A stretch of 64,000 bases of DNA from an uncultured Bacteroides sp. (GTDB taxonomy: Bacteria; Bacillota; Clostridia; Lachnospirales; Lachnospiraceae): contig CAZRKN010000002.1 in the NCBI GenBank assembly GCA_964600805.1, forward strand, positions 11,967 to 75,966, in the 5' to 3' direction. Every line of letters begins with the position of its first letter. Within the stretch, counting starts at the first letter, position 1. The position numbers were made by a program, and so were the translations under genes. The notes under the pieces were generated by a model that worked only from the letters and a program-made list of their open reading frames with translations, was not told the origin of the DNA and searched no databases. Below, in pieces: positions 31,474 through 43,202 of the stretch.

Positions 31474-32031
31474 ATGATATCGGCAGGCGATTTCAGGAAT
31501 GGCATAACCATTGAATTAGAAGGCAGCGTTTATCAGATTATCGAGTTCCAGCATGTAAAGCCCGGAAAGGGTGCAGCGTTTGTCAGGACGAAGCTGAAAA
31601 ACGTTATCAATGGCGGTGTTGTAGAGAGGACATTCAGACCTACTGAGAAATGCCCACAGGCACGTATTGATAGAAAAGATATGCAGTATTTATACTCAGA
31701 CGGCGATTTGTACAACTTTATGGATACAGAGACCTATGATCAGGTTGCTTTAAACGGAGATACCGTAGGCGATGCATTGAAATTCGTAAAAGAGAATGAA
31801 ATGGTCAAAGTATGCTCCTATAATGGCAGTGTTTTTGCAATTGAACCTCCGTTATTCGTAGAGCTTGAGATTACCGATACAGAACCGGGCTTTAAAGGCG
31901 ATACCGCTACAGGCGCTTCCAAGCCGGCGATTGTAGAGACCGGAGCTAAGGTTATGGTACCTTTATTCGTTAATCAGGGTGAAGTGATTAAGATTGATAC
32001 CAGAACCGGCGAGTATCTTTCCAGAGTATAA
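31474..32031 (+). CDS. efp: Elongation factor P
   Basis: [27 protein letters not shown]. Confidence 0.99.
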   Translation: MISAGDFRNGITIELEGSVYQIIEFQHVKPGKGAAFVRTKLKNVINGGVVERTFRPTEKCPQARIDRKDMQYLYSDGDLYNFMDTETYDQVALNGDTVGDALKFVKENEMVKVCSYNGSVFAIEPPLFVELEITDTEPGFKGDTATGASKPAIVETGAKVMVPLFVNQGEVIKIDTRTGEYLSRV

Positions 32032-32102
32032 GAGTAAAGTTGAAGTAATGGGGATGCATGCAGAGCTCTCTATTTATACCGCATATTTAGTTTAGGCCTA
32101 TA

Positions 32103-32136
32103 AGACAATGGAATCGATAAGAGCCATTGTCTTTTT
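32103..32136 (+). terminator. Terminator after efp
   Basis: AGACAATGG...CCATTGTCT followed by T-run. Confidence 0.7.
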
Positions 32137-32176
32137 GTGTTCATTTTTAGTAAATTAATAATATTGTCCGGAGAGA

Positions 32177-33115
32177 ATGGAAAGAGAGGACAATATGACA
32201 AATAGAGCATACACTGTAAATATCACAATAGAAGAATTCGGAAATAAAATATGTAAAGCGCTTAAGGAATCGATGGGCACAGGATATGATGCGGCATATA
32301 AGGAAGTTACCAAGAACAACGGAGTCTGCCTTCATGCCATAATGATTAACAAAAAAGGAAGCAATGTGTCACCCGCTATATACATTGACGAGCTTTATGA
32401 GGATTATAAGGAAGGCAGGTCATTTGGCGATATCGTATATGATATCCTGCGTGTCTATCAGCAAAACGCCAGGGAAATCCGTATGGACATGGAATTTTTC
32501 ACCCGCTTCGAGAGTGTGAAGGACAGAGTGCTGTATAAGCTTATCCATCGTGAGAGCAATCAAAATCTTTTATCCGAGGTGCCATATATTGAATGGAATG
32601 ACTTAGCAATCGTGTTTTATTATTCCTTTGAGGACGAGCGCTTCGGAAAAGCTACGATTCTGATTCGAAACAGCCATCTGGAGATGTGGAAAATTACACA
32701 GTCATTACTATATGAAAATGCCGGAAAAAACATGCTGCGGCTGCGTCCTGAGGAAATGCTTCCGATTAAGCAGATAATCAGGGAAATTATGTCGCAGAGC
32801 GTGTGTTCTATACCTGAAACGGAGCCTGAGGTGGCTATGTATGTGCTTAGCAACCGTGACAGACTGTATGGAGCAGCTGCACTTTTATATGCAGAGTCGC
32901 TGAAAGAACTGGCAGAGAAGCTTAATAAGAACCTTATTATTCTGCCAAGCTCAGTCCATGAAGTGCTGCTGGTACCGGATGACGGAATAACGGAAAAAGA
33001 TTTTTTCAAAGAAATGGTCAAAGAAGTCAACGACACGCAAGTGGAGCCGGAAGAAAGGCTGTCCTACAATGTCTACCATTATGATAGAGTTTTAGGGAAA
33101 ATAACCATTTTATAA
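32177..33115 (+). CDS. DUF5688-like protein
   Basis: KNNGV, SPAIY, MYVLSN...YGAA, ILPSSVHE, MVKEVN (family recognised from memory); start may be 32195. Confidence 0.7.
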   Translation: MEREDNMTNRAYTVNITIEEFGNKICKALKESMGTGYDAAYKEVTKNNGVCLHAIMINKKGSNVSPAIYIDELYEDYKEGRSFGDIVYDILRVYQQNAREIRMDMEFFTRFESVKDRVLYKLIHRESNQNLLSEVPYIEWNDLAIVFYYSFEDERFGKATILIRNSHLEMWKITQSLLYENAGKNMLRLRPEEMLPIKQIIREIMSQSVCSIPETEPEVAMYVLSNRDRLYGAAALLYAESLKELAEKLNKNLIILPSSVHEVLLVPDDGITEKDFFKEMVKEVNDTQVEPEERLSYNVYHYDRVLGKITIL

Positions 33116-33253
33116 GATACTGTATGAACATATTTGTGAAGAAGTTGTCTGGCGCTGCACTGTTTCGTGTGACGTCAGGTAACTTTCCGGCAGTCTGAAA
33201 AGTTTGAAAATTTTCTAAATCTTACCATCTAAATCTTACCTTTTCGATTTTAC

Positions 33254-33310
33254 TGGACAATATGCAGTATATATGGTATGATGTGTAAGATGATGTAACA
33301 AATTTGTAAC
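33254..33310 (+). promoter_or_regulatory. sigmaA promoter plus WalR-type direct repeat upstream of tRNA-Arg
   Basis: TGGACA-17 bp-TATGAT with TG extension; TGTAAC-N5-TGTAAC at 33294-33310. Confidence 0.55.
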
Positions 33311-33314
33311 ATAT

Positions 33315-33386
33315 GCACCCGTAGTCTAACGGATAGAACGTAGGCCTCCGACGCCTTTGATGCAGGTTCGATTCCTGTCGGGTGCA
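33315..33386 (+). tRNA. tRNA-Arg(CCG); CCA end not encoded
   Basis: Acceptor GCACCCG/CGGGTGC, anticodon loop CT-CCG-AC, T-loop GGTTCGATTCC. Confidence 0.93.
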
Positions 33387-33424
33387 TTTGCATCATTGCT
33401 TAAGAAAAAGAAAGGTTGTAGATA

Positions 33425-34693
33425 ATGAATACGTCAAACAGCGATAAAAAGGGGAACCTTATGGCGAAATTAGAAAATATGAAGAGCTGGTTTGCAAGAA
33501 ATGCCAAAATTATTATGCCCGTGATTTTGGCAGTCTGCGTAATCGTCACTGTTTTTATTTCAGTTAACGCTAATATGAGGGAAGAAGAGCAGGAGGATGA
33601 CGTTGAAGTAAATAATATAGTGGAGGATGGAGTGAACGAGGGCGAACCTGAAACTGTTCAGGAAATAGTACTTAAAGAGAATGACGTTCCGGAGATTAAG
33701 GAGCTCATTGAGAAGTATTATGATGCGCAGGTTATAGGTGATATGGATACTATTTACACCCTTGTGGATATCCTTGACGACTCAGAGGCGATAAAAATCG
33801 AGGAGACAAGCAAATATCTGGAGTCTTTTCCTGCGCTGGACATATATACCAAGCCCGGTCCTGTAGAGAATTCCTATCTGGTATATATATCTTTGAAGGA
33901 AAAATTCAAGGATTATGATAATCCGATTCCGGGTATGGAAGTGTATTATGTGTGTATAGATGAAAGCGGCAGGTATTATATCTGTAATAACGATAATGGT
34001 GACGAAAGCGAGCTGGAATATATGAGAATTGCCAGCCTGCAGGATGATGTCATAGATTTAAGTAATAAGGTTAATGTAGAATATAACAATATGGTAGCCG
34101 AAGATGAGGAACTGAAGCAGTTTCTTGCAGACTTTAAGGCGGAGATTGAGAAAAAAGTAGGAGAAATGCTGGCTCTGGCGGAGGCAAACAACGCCTCAGA
34201 GGCTGGTGGAGAAGATAACGCAGCCAATGGAGAAGAAGACACACAATCCGTCACAGTAGTAACAAAGGTGAGGGCGATAGATGTTGTCAATATACGTTCA
34301 TCAGACAGTGAGACGGCTGATAAGCTCGGTAAAGCTGCAATCGGCGATGAGTTCAAGCTGATTGAAAAGATAGATAACGGCTGGAGCGAAGTCGAATATG
34401 AAGGTAAGAGCGCTTACATCAAGAGCATGTATCTGGAAGATATTGAGTTCGCCGAAGTGAACCGGGAGTCTGAAACCCCGGTAAATACCCAGGTTGGTTC
34501 TGATGAGGTTACGGGAACCGTTACGGCTACAGCTAATGTCAGGATCAGGAGCGAAGCCAGCGAGACCAGCGAGAAGCTGGGGGTTGCTTATGAAGGTCAG
34601 AAATTGGATCTGATAATGCATCAGGATAACGGTTGGACCAAAATAAGATATAACGGTCACGTTGCCTATGTAAAATCTGATTATGTGGAATAA
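33425..34693 (+). CDS. Membrane-anchored acidic protein with two SH3b domains
   Basis: One TM helix; two VNIR/VRIR...GW...AY(I/V)KS repeats; start may be 33461. Confidence 0.85.
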   Translation: MNTSNSDKKGNLMAKLENMKSWFARNAKIIMPVILAVCVIVTVFISVNANMREEEQEDDVEVNNIVEDGVNEGEPETVQEIVLKENDVPEIKELIEKYYDAQVIGDMDTIYTLVDILDDSEAIKIEETSKYLESFPALDIYTKPGPVENSYLVYISLKEKFKDYDNPIPGMEVYYVCIDESGRYYICNNDNGDESELEYMRIASLQDDVIDLSNKVNVEYNNMVAEDEELKQFLADFKAEIEKKVGEMLALAEANNASEAGGEDNAANGEEDTQSVTVVTKVRAIDVVNIRSSDSETADKLGKAAIGDEFKLIEKIDNGWSEVEYEGKSAYIKSMYLEDIEFAEVNRESETPVNTQVGSDEVTGTVTATANVRIRSEASETSEKLGVAYEGQKLDLIMHQDNGWTKIRYNGHVAYVKSDYVE

Positions 34694-34778
34694 GTAAAGC
34701 GTACATGACCGGACTATATAAAAAAGATATCTTATTTTTAGCGATATCAGACTAAAGTTAATAAAATATGGCAAGAGT

Positions 34779-34811
34779 AAAGAGTATAGAGTAAACCTAT
34801 ACTCTTTTTTT
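34779..34811 (+). terminator. Terminator after the SH3 gene
   Basis: AAAGAGTATAG...CTATACTCTTTTTTT. Confidence 0.75.
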
Positions 34812-34814
34812 GTC

Positions 34815-34901
34815 TTATAGGAAATTACGCCGCAGCATAAATCATTCCATTGAGAATGCGAAGCATTCTTGGAATCGTCGCTGCTGAGCGACGATTTTTT
34901 A
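34815..34901 (+). repeat. Dispersed three-hairpin element, copy A
   Basis: Near-identical to 45703-45789 (ATAGGAAATTACGCCGCAGC...GAGAATGCGAAGCATTCT...AATCG...CGATTTTTT). Confidence 0.9.
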
Positions 34902-34972
34902 ACGGCTGATTAGTAAGCAAGGCTGCTGTATGCTTAAAGCAGCCGATTTTAAGACTTTATATGGAGGTAAGA

Positions 34973-35404
34973 ATGAAACAGGATGATATTATGATTTTGA
35001 AAGAAATACAGAAAAACACACATATGGCAATGACTACCATAGACACTATCCTGGATAAAGCGTCGGATGATGAATTTACATTGAAGCTTTCCAAACAATC
35101 TATCGGATACGCCAGAATCCATAACGATGCAGTGGAACAGCTCGTAGAAGAGCAAAGCAGCCCATATCGAAGCAATCAGGCTGCGGATATTGCGCTGCGC
35201 GGAAGTATTCATTTAGAAACCATGCTCAATACCAGTACAAGCCATCTGGCTGAAATGATGATACAGGGCTCTAACAGGGGGCTTACAAGCATGTATAAAA
35301 CCGTAAAGCATAATGCACTGGCGATGGACCGTTCAGTGGAACTGGCTAAGGAACTTATGGATTTTGAAGAAAAAAGCATTGAACAGATGAAAGATTTTCT
35401 GTAA
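34973..35404 (+). CDS. Hypothetical protein, probably helical
   Basis: RBS GGAGGT before ATG 34973; fills the intergenic gap. Confidence 0.75.
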   Translation: MKQDDIMILKEIQKNTHMAMTTIDTILDKASDDEFTLKLSKQSIGYARIHNDAVEQLVEEQSSPYRSNQAADIALRGSIHLETMLNTSTSHLAEMMIQGSNRGLTSMYKTVKHNALAMDRSVELAKELMDFEEKSIEQMKDFL

Positions 35405-35608
35405 TTGCATACATGTATGCAATTATTTGTGCATTATTGTACAATTTGTATAAAAAAGCACATAAAATTTTTATGTATTAACATACAAAATCAGGCTTGT
35501 AGATTTTTGACCGTCATACTATAATGGAACGTGGACAATGTGGTCAGTGTGGAAAGAAAAGGCTGACCTGGAAAGATTTAAGCATATTACAAATAAAGGA
35601 GGACATGA

Positions 35609-36946
<1,338 letters not shown>

Positions 36947-36962
36947 GAGATAAATTACCCAC

Positions 36963-36993
36963 CCCCGAAATCGCTATGATTTCGGGGTTTTTT
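36963..36993 (+). terminator. Terminator after gdhA
   Basis: CCCCGAAATC...GATTTCGGGG followed by T-run. Confidence 0.85.
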
Positions 36994-37091
36994 AATGTCT
37001 TGCCACCTAATCCCTTGTATATTTTTCGTAATTAGTATATACTGTTTTTGCGGAAGGTATTAATAGAAACCGAAGGGAAGAAAGACTGAGA

Positions 37092-40000
37092 ATGTTGAAA
37101 ATAAATGCAAAGAGCGGAAAACGAATAATTGCTCTATTGGTATGTTTTTTACTCCTCTTACCGAATTTTGTGGCAAATGCAGCGGAACAGGGGAATAACA
37201 GGACTGTAAGAGCGGGCATTTTCTATTTTGACGGCTACCACATGGAAGATGAACATGGTGATCTTACGGGATATGGTGTGGAATTTTTGGAACTTGTTTC
37301 CCAATATTCACACCTGAACTTTATATTCAGCGGATATGAGAAGTCATGGGATGAGATGCAAACTATGCTGGATAACGGCGAGATTGATGTGGTGACGTCT
37401 GCAAGAAAAACGCCGGAAAGGGAAGAAAAATATGATTTCTCACTGCCGATTGGAAGAAACAGCACAGTTCTGTCCATCCGGGCAAATAACACCAGTCTGC
37501 TCTCAGGTAATTATGCCACATATGACGGTATCAAAGTGGGTCTTGTGACCGGAAGCAGCCAGAATCAGAGCCTTGCTGAATTCGCGGAGGAGAAAGGCTT
37601 CACTTATCAGGCTGTAGAGTATGAGGATTCAGGTCAACTGGCGCAGGATTTACAAAGCGGAGATATTGATGCCATTCTCTCCAGCAATTTGAGAAGAGCC
37701 GAAAACGAAAAAACGCTGGATATAATCGAAACGGATTATTTTTACGCTATTGTCAGAAAAGGCGATAAGGAACTTCTTAATGAAATTAATTACGCTATTG
37801 ACCAGATGAGCATCAATGAAGGGGATTGGTCAAATAACCTGTTTTATAAATATTACGGAAATACCTATTCTGATGTTTTCGCGTTTACCGACAGAGAGCT
37901 TGCCTATATTCAGGATGTGATTTCCGGAAAGAAAAAGATTACCATTACTTCCATGGGTGACCGGAAACCTTATTCCTATGTTGAAGATGGTGAATTAAAG
38001 GGAATTCTTCCGGAATATTTTGCAGGTCTGATGGAAATTGCCGGACTGCCTTATGAGATTGTGATACCGGAGAACCGGGAGGAATATTACAACCTTGCGA
38101 ATAATAACAGTGTGGATGTAGTCATTGACTGGAGGCAGTTTCATTCGGAAGGAGGGAATCGCCAAAGCAGCGGATTTTATACTGAAGCATATATGAGCAC
38201 AGGTATGGCGCTGGTGACCAGAAAAGACTTCGATGGTGAGATTGATACTTTGGCTGTGGCAGATTTGCAGGGCGACATGCCTATTGAAAGAGACTTAATA
38301 GGAGATGCCCGGGTTTTGAGCTATTCAAACCGGGAAGATGCATTGAAAGCTGTGCTTGCTAAAGATGCGGATGCCACGTATGTTTATACCTATACGGCAC
38401 AGTCATTTGTGAATGAAGATCCTACGGCTTCGCTGCAATTCAACATAATCAATGCCATGAGCTTTGACTTCAAAATGTATGTCAGAAACAGCTGCGACCA
38501 TGAGTTGATTACCATATTGAACAAATGCATCCACCAGATGTCGGATGATTCAATGAACCAGATTATTACAAATTATACCGCGAACACGCTTAGAAATGTA
38601 TCGCTCAGACAGTATATGCAGGCTCACCCGTGGGTAACGGTATTGGTAGTGATGCTGTTCGCAATAGGCCTTGGCGTAATTATAATCCTTTTACTGCGCG
38701 CGCAGTGGAGACAAAGAATCCTTGATACTACAGAGCATGCGAACCGTGAGCTGGAAGAGCAGCTTGCTATTGTCAATACCCTGAGCCGCGACTATCTTAA
38801 TGTCTATGGAGTTAATTCCCGGAACGCGACTGCCAGGATTATAAAAATGACCGGAAATGGCTCTGGCGATGGATTGGAAAAGGATTACCAAAAAGAATTT
38901 CCCTATGCCGGGATTATTAACCGATATATAAACGACTGTGTTTTTCCCGAAGACAGACAGGAACTGGCGGAGGCTCTTGCGTTGGAACGAATCGTGGAAA
39001 AATTGAATTCCGGCGAGGAATATTCAGGAACCTATCGGGTACAGGCAGACGATGTAATACATATTTATCAGTTTACCTGTGTAACAGACCTGACAGATGA
39101 AGAAAGCGGCGGGCATAGAGGAGACTTTTTCCTTATCGGATTCCGGAATATTGATGAAATAGTCCGCAAGGAACAGGAACAGAAGGTGATTCTGGAAGAA
39201 GCGCTTGCGGAAGCGCAGCATGCGAACATTGCCAAGACTACGTTTTTAAACAATATGTCCCATGATATCCGTACTCCAATGAATGCGATTATAGGTTTTA
39301 CAACTTTGGCGGTAAATCACATTGATAATCGGGAACAGATAAAAAGTTATCTTGGAAAAATTCTCACATCCAGTAAACATTTGCTGAGTCTGATTAACGA
39401 TATATTGGATATGAGCCGCATTGAGAGCGGAAAAGTCAAGATTGAAGAGGATGAGGCGAGTCTCCCGGAGATTCTGCATGACCTGAAAACCATTGTACAG
39501 TCAGATGTCAGGTCAAAGCAGCTTTCGTTCTATATTGATACGCTGGATATTACAAATGAGACGATTATCTGTGACAAACTCCGCTTGAATCAGGTGTTGC
39601 TGAATATCCTCAGCAATTCCATGAAATACACCAAAGCCGGCGGAAGCGTCAGCGTTCACATTGTTCAGACAGATGACGCGCAGGAGGGATACGCTTCGTA
39701 TCAGTTCCGGATTAAAGATACCGGTATCGGCATGAGCAAAGAATTCTTAGAGCATGTGTTTGAGCCGTTTGAGAGGGAGCAGACCTCTACCGTCAGCGGT
39801 ATTCAGGGAACGGGACTGGGACTTGCCATTACCAAAAATATTGTTGATATGATGAACGGAACGATTACTGTGACCAGCGAGGAAGGAAAAGGTTCAGAGT
39901 TCGTGGTTTCTTTCCGGTTCCGTGTCAAAAGCGATAGTGATGATGATGAATATATGGAATATATGGAGCATCTCAAGGAGCTTCGTGCGCTGGTCGTGGA

Positions 40001-40778
40001 TGACGATACCCATACCTGCACCAGCGTATGCAAGATGCTTACATCCCTTGGTATGCGGGCTGACTGGACAACGCGGGGAGAGGAAGCTGCTATTCGTGCG
40101 GATTTTGCTGTGGAACAAAATGACCCCTTCAGTGTGTTTATGATTGACTGGCTGATTCCGGACTTAAACGGTATTGAGACAGCCAGACGCTTGCGAAAAA
40201 TCGTTGGGGATAAGGCTGTCATTATTATATTTACGGCATATGACTGGGCAGATATTGAGGAGGAAGCAAAAGAAGCGGGCGTCACGGCATTCTGCTCCAA
40301 ACCGCTGTTCATGTCAGAACTAAGAGAGATTCTGACGGCGCCATACAGAGAGACGGAGGAAACTGTGGAACAGGATATGACCACACAATTTCTTCCCGGC
40401 AAAAAGATTCTGCTGGTAGAAGACAATGAGATAAATCAGGAAATTGCCAGAGCGATTCTGGAGGAAGCCGGTCTGATCATAGATACGGCGGATGACGGAA
40501 CAGAAGCTGTCGAGAGGATTAAGACTGTGGAGGCAGGCACATATGACCTGATTCTGATGGATATTCAGATGCCGGTGATGGACGGCTATGAGGCTACCAG
40601 AAGAATCCGTGCTTTAGATGACCCTGCCAGGGCAAATATCCCGATTGTAGCAATGACCGCCAACGCTTTTGAGGAAGACCGGAAGCGCGCATTTGATGCA
40701 GGTATGAACGACCATGTGGCAAAACCGATTGATGTTCCTACACTGATGGAAACTTTACAAAAGTTTTTAGCGGACTAA
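37092..40778 (+). CDS. Hybrid histidine kinase with two amino-acid-binding-type sensor domains and two REC domains
   Basis: Signal peptide; two SBP_bac_3-like segments; SHDIRTPMN; GTGLGL; IDWLIP and LMDIQMP. Confidence 0.9.
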   Translation: MLKINAKSGKRIIALLVCFLLLLPNFVANAAEQGNNRTVRAGIFYFDGYHMEDEHGDLTGYGVEFLELVSQYSHLNFIFSGYEKSWDEMQTMLDNGEIDVVTSARKTPEREEKYDFSLPIGRNSTVLSIRANNTSLLSGNYATYDGIKVGLVTGSSQNQSLAEFAEEKGFTYQAVEYEDSGQLAQDLQSGDIDAILSSNLRRAENEKTLDIIETDYFYAIVRKGDKELLNEINYAIDQMSINEGDWSNNLFYKYYGNTYSDVFAFTDRELAYIQDVISGKKKITITSMGDRKPYSYVEDGELKGILPEYFAGLMEIAGLPYEIVIPENREEYYNLANNNSVDVVIDWRQFHSEGGNRQSSGFYTEAYMSTGMALVTRKDFDGEIDTLAVADLQGDMPIERDLIGDARVLSYSNREDALKAVLAKDADATYVYTYTAQSFVNEDPTASLQFNIINAMSFDFKMYVRNSCDHELITILNKCIHQMSDDSMNQIITNYTANTLRNVSLRQYMQAHPWVTVLVVMLFAIGLGVIIILLLRAQWRQRILDTTEHANRELEEQLAIVNTLSRDYLNVYGVNSRNATARIIKMTGNGSGDGLEKDYQKEFPYAGIINRYINDCVFPEDRQELAEALALERIVEKLNSGEEYSGTYRVQADDVIHIYQFTCVTDLTDEESGGHRGDFFLIGFRNIDEIVRKEQEQKVILEEALAEAQHANIAKTTFLNNMSHDIRTPMNAIIGFTTLAVNHIDNREQIKSYLGKILTSSKHLLSLINDILDMSRIESGKVKIEEDEASLPEILHDLKTIVQSDVRSKQLSFYIDTLDITNETIICDKLRLNQVLLNILSNSMKYTKAGGSVSVHIVQTDDAQEGYASYQFRIKDTGIGMSKEFLEHVFEPFEREQTSTVSGIQGTGLGLAITKNIVDMMNGTITVTSEEGKGSEFVVSFRFRVKSDSDDDEYMEYMEHLKELRALVVDDDTHTCTSVCKMLTSLGMRADWTTRGEEAAIRADFAVEQNDPFSVFMIDWLIPDLNGIETARRLRKIVGDKAVIIIFTAYDWADIEEEAKEAGVTAFCSKPLFMSELREILTAPYRETEETVEQDMTTQFLPGKKILLVEDNEINQEIARAILEEAGLIIDTADDGTEAVERIKTVEAGTYDLILMDIQMPVMDGYEATRRIRALDDPARANIPIVAMTANAFEEDRKRAFDAGMNDHVAKPIDVPTLMETLQKFLAD

Positions 40779-40807
40779 TCCCATAATACAGAACAGGAGG
40801 AAAAAGT

Positions 40808-41578
40808 ATGGATAACAACACTCCGCTTTACACACAACCGAATCAGATGTATACAAATAATGTTTATTCCGACGTGCCGCTTTTGCAGATTGGTGATCTC
40901 TGCAAACGGTATCCGGGTATGGGAAGTTATATGTCAGTATTTCATATGAACCTGATTGTCCCACGAGGAAGAATCATCGGCCTGCTTGGTCCCAACGGCT
41001 GCGGAAAAACTACATTAATTAAGATGGTAAACGGTCTGCTGACGCCGACGAGCGGCAGCGTACTCATAAACGGTATGAATCCGTGTGCCGAAACCAAGAA
41101 GATTATATCATACCTGCCTGAACGCACTTATCTGGATAATGGAATGAAAGTGAGTCAGATGGTCGAATATTTTGCGGATTTCTATGAAGATTTTTCGAGA
41201 GAGAAAGCCTATCAGATGCTCAGTGCGCTTGGCGTCAATGTGGAGGCACGCTTAAAAACACTGTCAAAAGGTACCAAAGAAAAGGTACAGTTGATACTTG
41301 TTATGAGTAGGAATGCACAACTTTACATCCTTGATGAGCCGATTGCAGGCGTTGACCCGGCTGCGAGAGATTATATCCTGCGCACTATTGTCACCAACTA
41401 TAACCCCGGTTCGACGATTATTTTGTCTACCCATTTGATATCAGATATCGAAAACGTACTTGATGATGTGATTTTCATGAAAAACGGATCGATTATGCTG
41501 TATACATCTGCTGAATCAATCAGGGGGCGGATGGGTAAATCGATTGACGCTTATTTCAGGGAGGTGTACGCATGTTAG
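40808..41578 (+). CDS. ABC transporter ATP-binding protein
   Basis: GPNGCGKT, LSKG, ILDEP, STH. Confidence 0.92.
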   Translation: MDNNTPLYTQPNQMYTNNVYSDVPLLQIGDLCKRYPGMGSYMSVFHMNLIVPRGRIIGLLGPNGCGKTTLIKMVNGLLTPTSGSVLINGMNPCAETKKIISYLPERTYLDNGMKVSQMVEYFADFYEDFSREKAYQMLSALGVNVEARLKTLSKGTKEKVQLILVMSRNAQLYILDEPIAGVDPAARDYILRTIVTNYNPGSTIILSTHLISDIENVLDDVIFMKNGSIMLYTSAESIRGRMGKSIDAYFREVYAC

Positions 41579-42438
41579 GAAAGCTTATTAAATACGAATG
41601 GAAGGGATTTCGTATCCCTTTGTTGATTATGATTATAGTACTGACAGGAACGACGGCGTTGACAAGTAGTATCATATTAACCATTAACCCGAATTTCGAT
41701 GAGATATCTGCAGCATTCTCCATGTTATCATTATGGTTTATTCTCTTAATCTACTATGTCAGCATTATAGGGTGCTCATTGGGCATAATGTTGATTATAG
41801 TTGTACGTTTCTATAAAACCTGCTATACCGATCAGGGATATCTGACGCACACGCTCCCTGTTTCTACGCAGAAGATACTGATTGTTAAAATTGCTTCCTC
41901 AGCTGCCGTCAGCATACTGATGACTTTAGCCACAGTGACCAGCGTGTTTATTGTCTTAAATCTGGGTGTAAATCGTATTGCCTCAATTTTTGAGGGAGAA
42001 AGCTATTATGGGTATTTAGGAGGCAATGTGTTTCTAAATATATTTGCAACTCTTTTCAGCGAATTCAAAGATGAATTCGGAATTAGTTTTGGCTGGTACA
42101 TTGCGTATCTGATTGTTTACTTTATTATTGCCATTATTGCCAATATTACGACAATCTTAGGCTGTGTGTCACTTGGACAGTTATATGCGAAACACCGTAT
42201 TATCGGCGCTATTATAGCGTACTTAGTTGTACAGTTTATTATGAATGTACTGGGAAATATTTCTACGATACTGACGTATAGCAGCATGTTTGACAACAGT
42301 GCACGTAGTAAAAACTTCAGCACATTAAGGAGTATGACTCCGAGTATGAATATAACATTGATATTCGTGGTGATTCTTGCAGTGGTGATGTATTTTGTTA
42401 ATCTGCACATGATGACGAAAAAGCTGAATTTGGAATGA
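41572..42438 (+). CDS. ABC-2 type permease
   Basis: MLGKLIKYE, GYLTHTLPV, about six TM helices; overlaps the ATPase stop. Confidence 0.85.
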   Translation: MLGKLIKYEWKGFRIPLLIMIIVLTGTTALTSSIILTINPNFDEISAAFSMLSLWFILLIYYVSIIGCSLGIMLIIVVRFYKTCYTDQGYLTHTLPVSTQKILIVKIASSAAVSILMTLATVTSVFIVLNLGVNRIASIFEGESYYGYLGGNVFLNIFATLFSEFKDEFGISFGWYIAYLIVYFIIAIIANITTILGCVSLGQLYAKHRIIGAIIAYLVVQFIMNVLGNISTILTYSSMFDNSARSKNFSTLRSMTPSMNITLIFVVILAVVMYFVNLHMMTKKLNLE

Positions 42439-42449
42439 GGTATAAACAT

Positions 42450-43196
42450 ATGCTGGAACTTAAAAATATATCTTTTGAAGTATCCGACGAAGATAGGGAA
42501 GATAGTCATAAGGAAATCGTCCGCAATGTCAGCCTGACAGTGGATGAGCATAAATTCGTGGTAGTCACCGGACCTAACGGTAGCGGAAAGTCCACTCTTG
42601 CAAAGCTTATTGCAGGAATTGAGAAACCGACCTCCGGGAGCATTTTTTTTGACGGAGCAGATATTACGGATAAGAGCATTACAGAACGTGCAGGTATGGG
42701 AATCGGCTTTGCCTTTCAGCAGCCTGTACGATTTAAGGGGCTTGAGGTGTTAGACCTGCTTCGGATTGCTTCGGGCAGAAAACTGTCCGCTTCCGATGCA
42801 TGCGAATATCTTTCGGAAGTAGGACTTTGCGCCAGAGACTATATCAATCGCGAAGTGAATGCAAGCCTTTCGGGCGGAGAATTGAAGCGTATTGAAATAG
42901 CGACCCTTTTGGCGCGTGAAAGCAAACTTTCCGTATTTGATGAGCCTGAGGCAGGTATCGACCTTTGGAGTTTTCAGAATCTGATACACGTATTTGAGCG
43001 GATGCAGAAAAAGAACCGCAGCGGTTCCATCCTCGTTATTTCACATCAGGAGAGGATTTTGAATATAGCAGATGAGATTATAGTGATAGCAGACGGCAGG
43101 GTTGCAGACAGAGGAGACAGAAAGGTTATTCTGCCCAAGCTTTTGGGAACGCCTTCCGCGATTAATCCATGCACGGGTAATGAATTGAAAGGCTGA
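42450..43196 (+). CDS. sufC: SufC-like Fe-S assembly ATPase
   Basis: GPNGSGKS, AFQQP, LSGGELKRIE, FDEPEAGID; adjacent to a SufBD-family gene. Confidence 0.85.
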   Translation: MLELKNISFEVSDEDREDSHKEIVRNVSLTVDEHKFVVVTGPNGSGKSTLAKLIAGIEKPTSGSIFFDGADITDKSITERAGMGIGFAFQQPVRFKGLEVLDLLRIASGRKLSASDACEYLSEVGLCARDYINREVNASLSGGELKRIEIATLLARESKLSVFDEPEAGIDLWSFQNLIHVFERMQKKNRSGSILVISHQERILNIADEIIVIADGRVADRGDRKVILPKLLGTPSAINPCTGNELKG

Positions 43197-43202
43197 GGAA
43201 GG

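Noticed and set aside
33315-33386. tRNA as an integration site for an island
   Set aside because: No duplicated tRNA 3' end and no integrase seen in the window.
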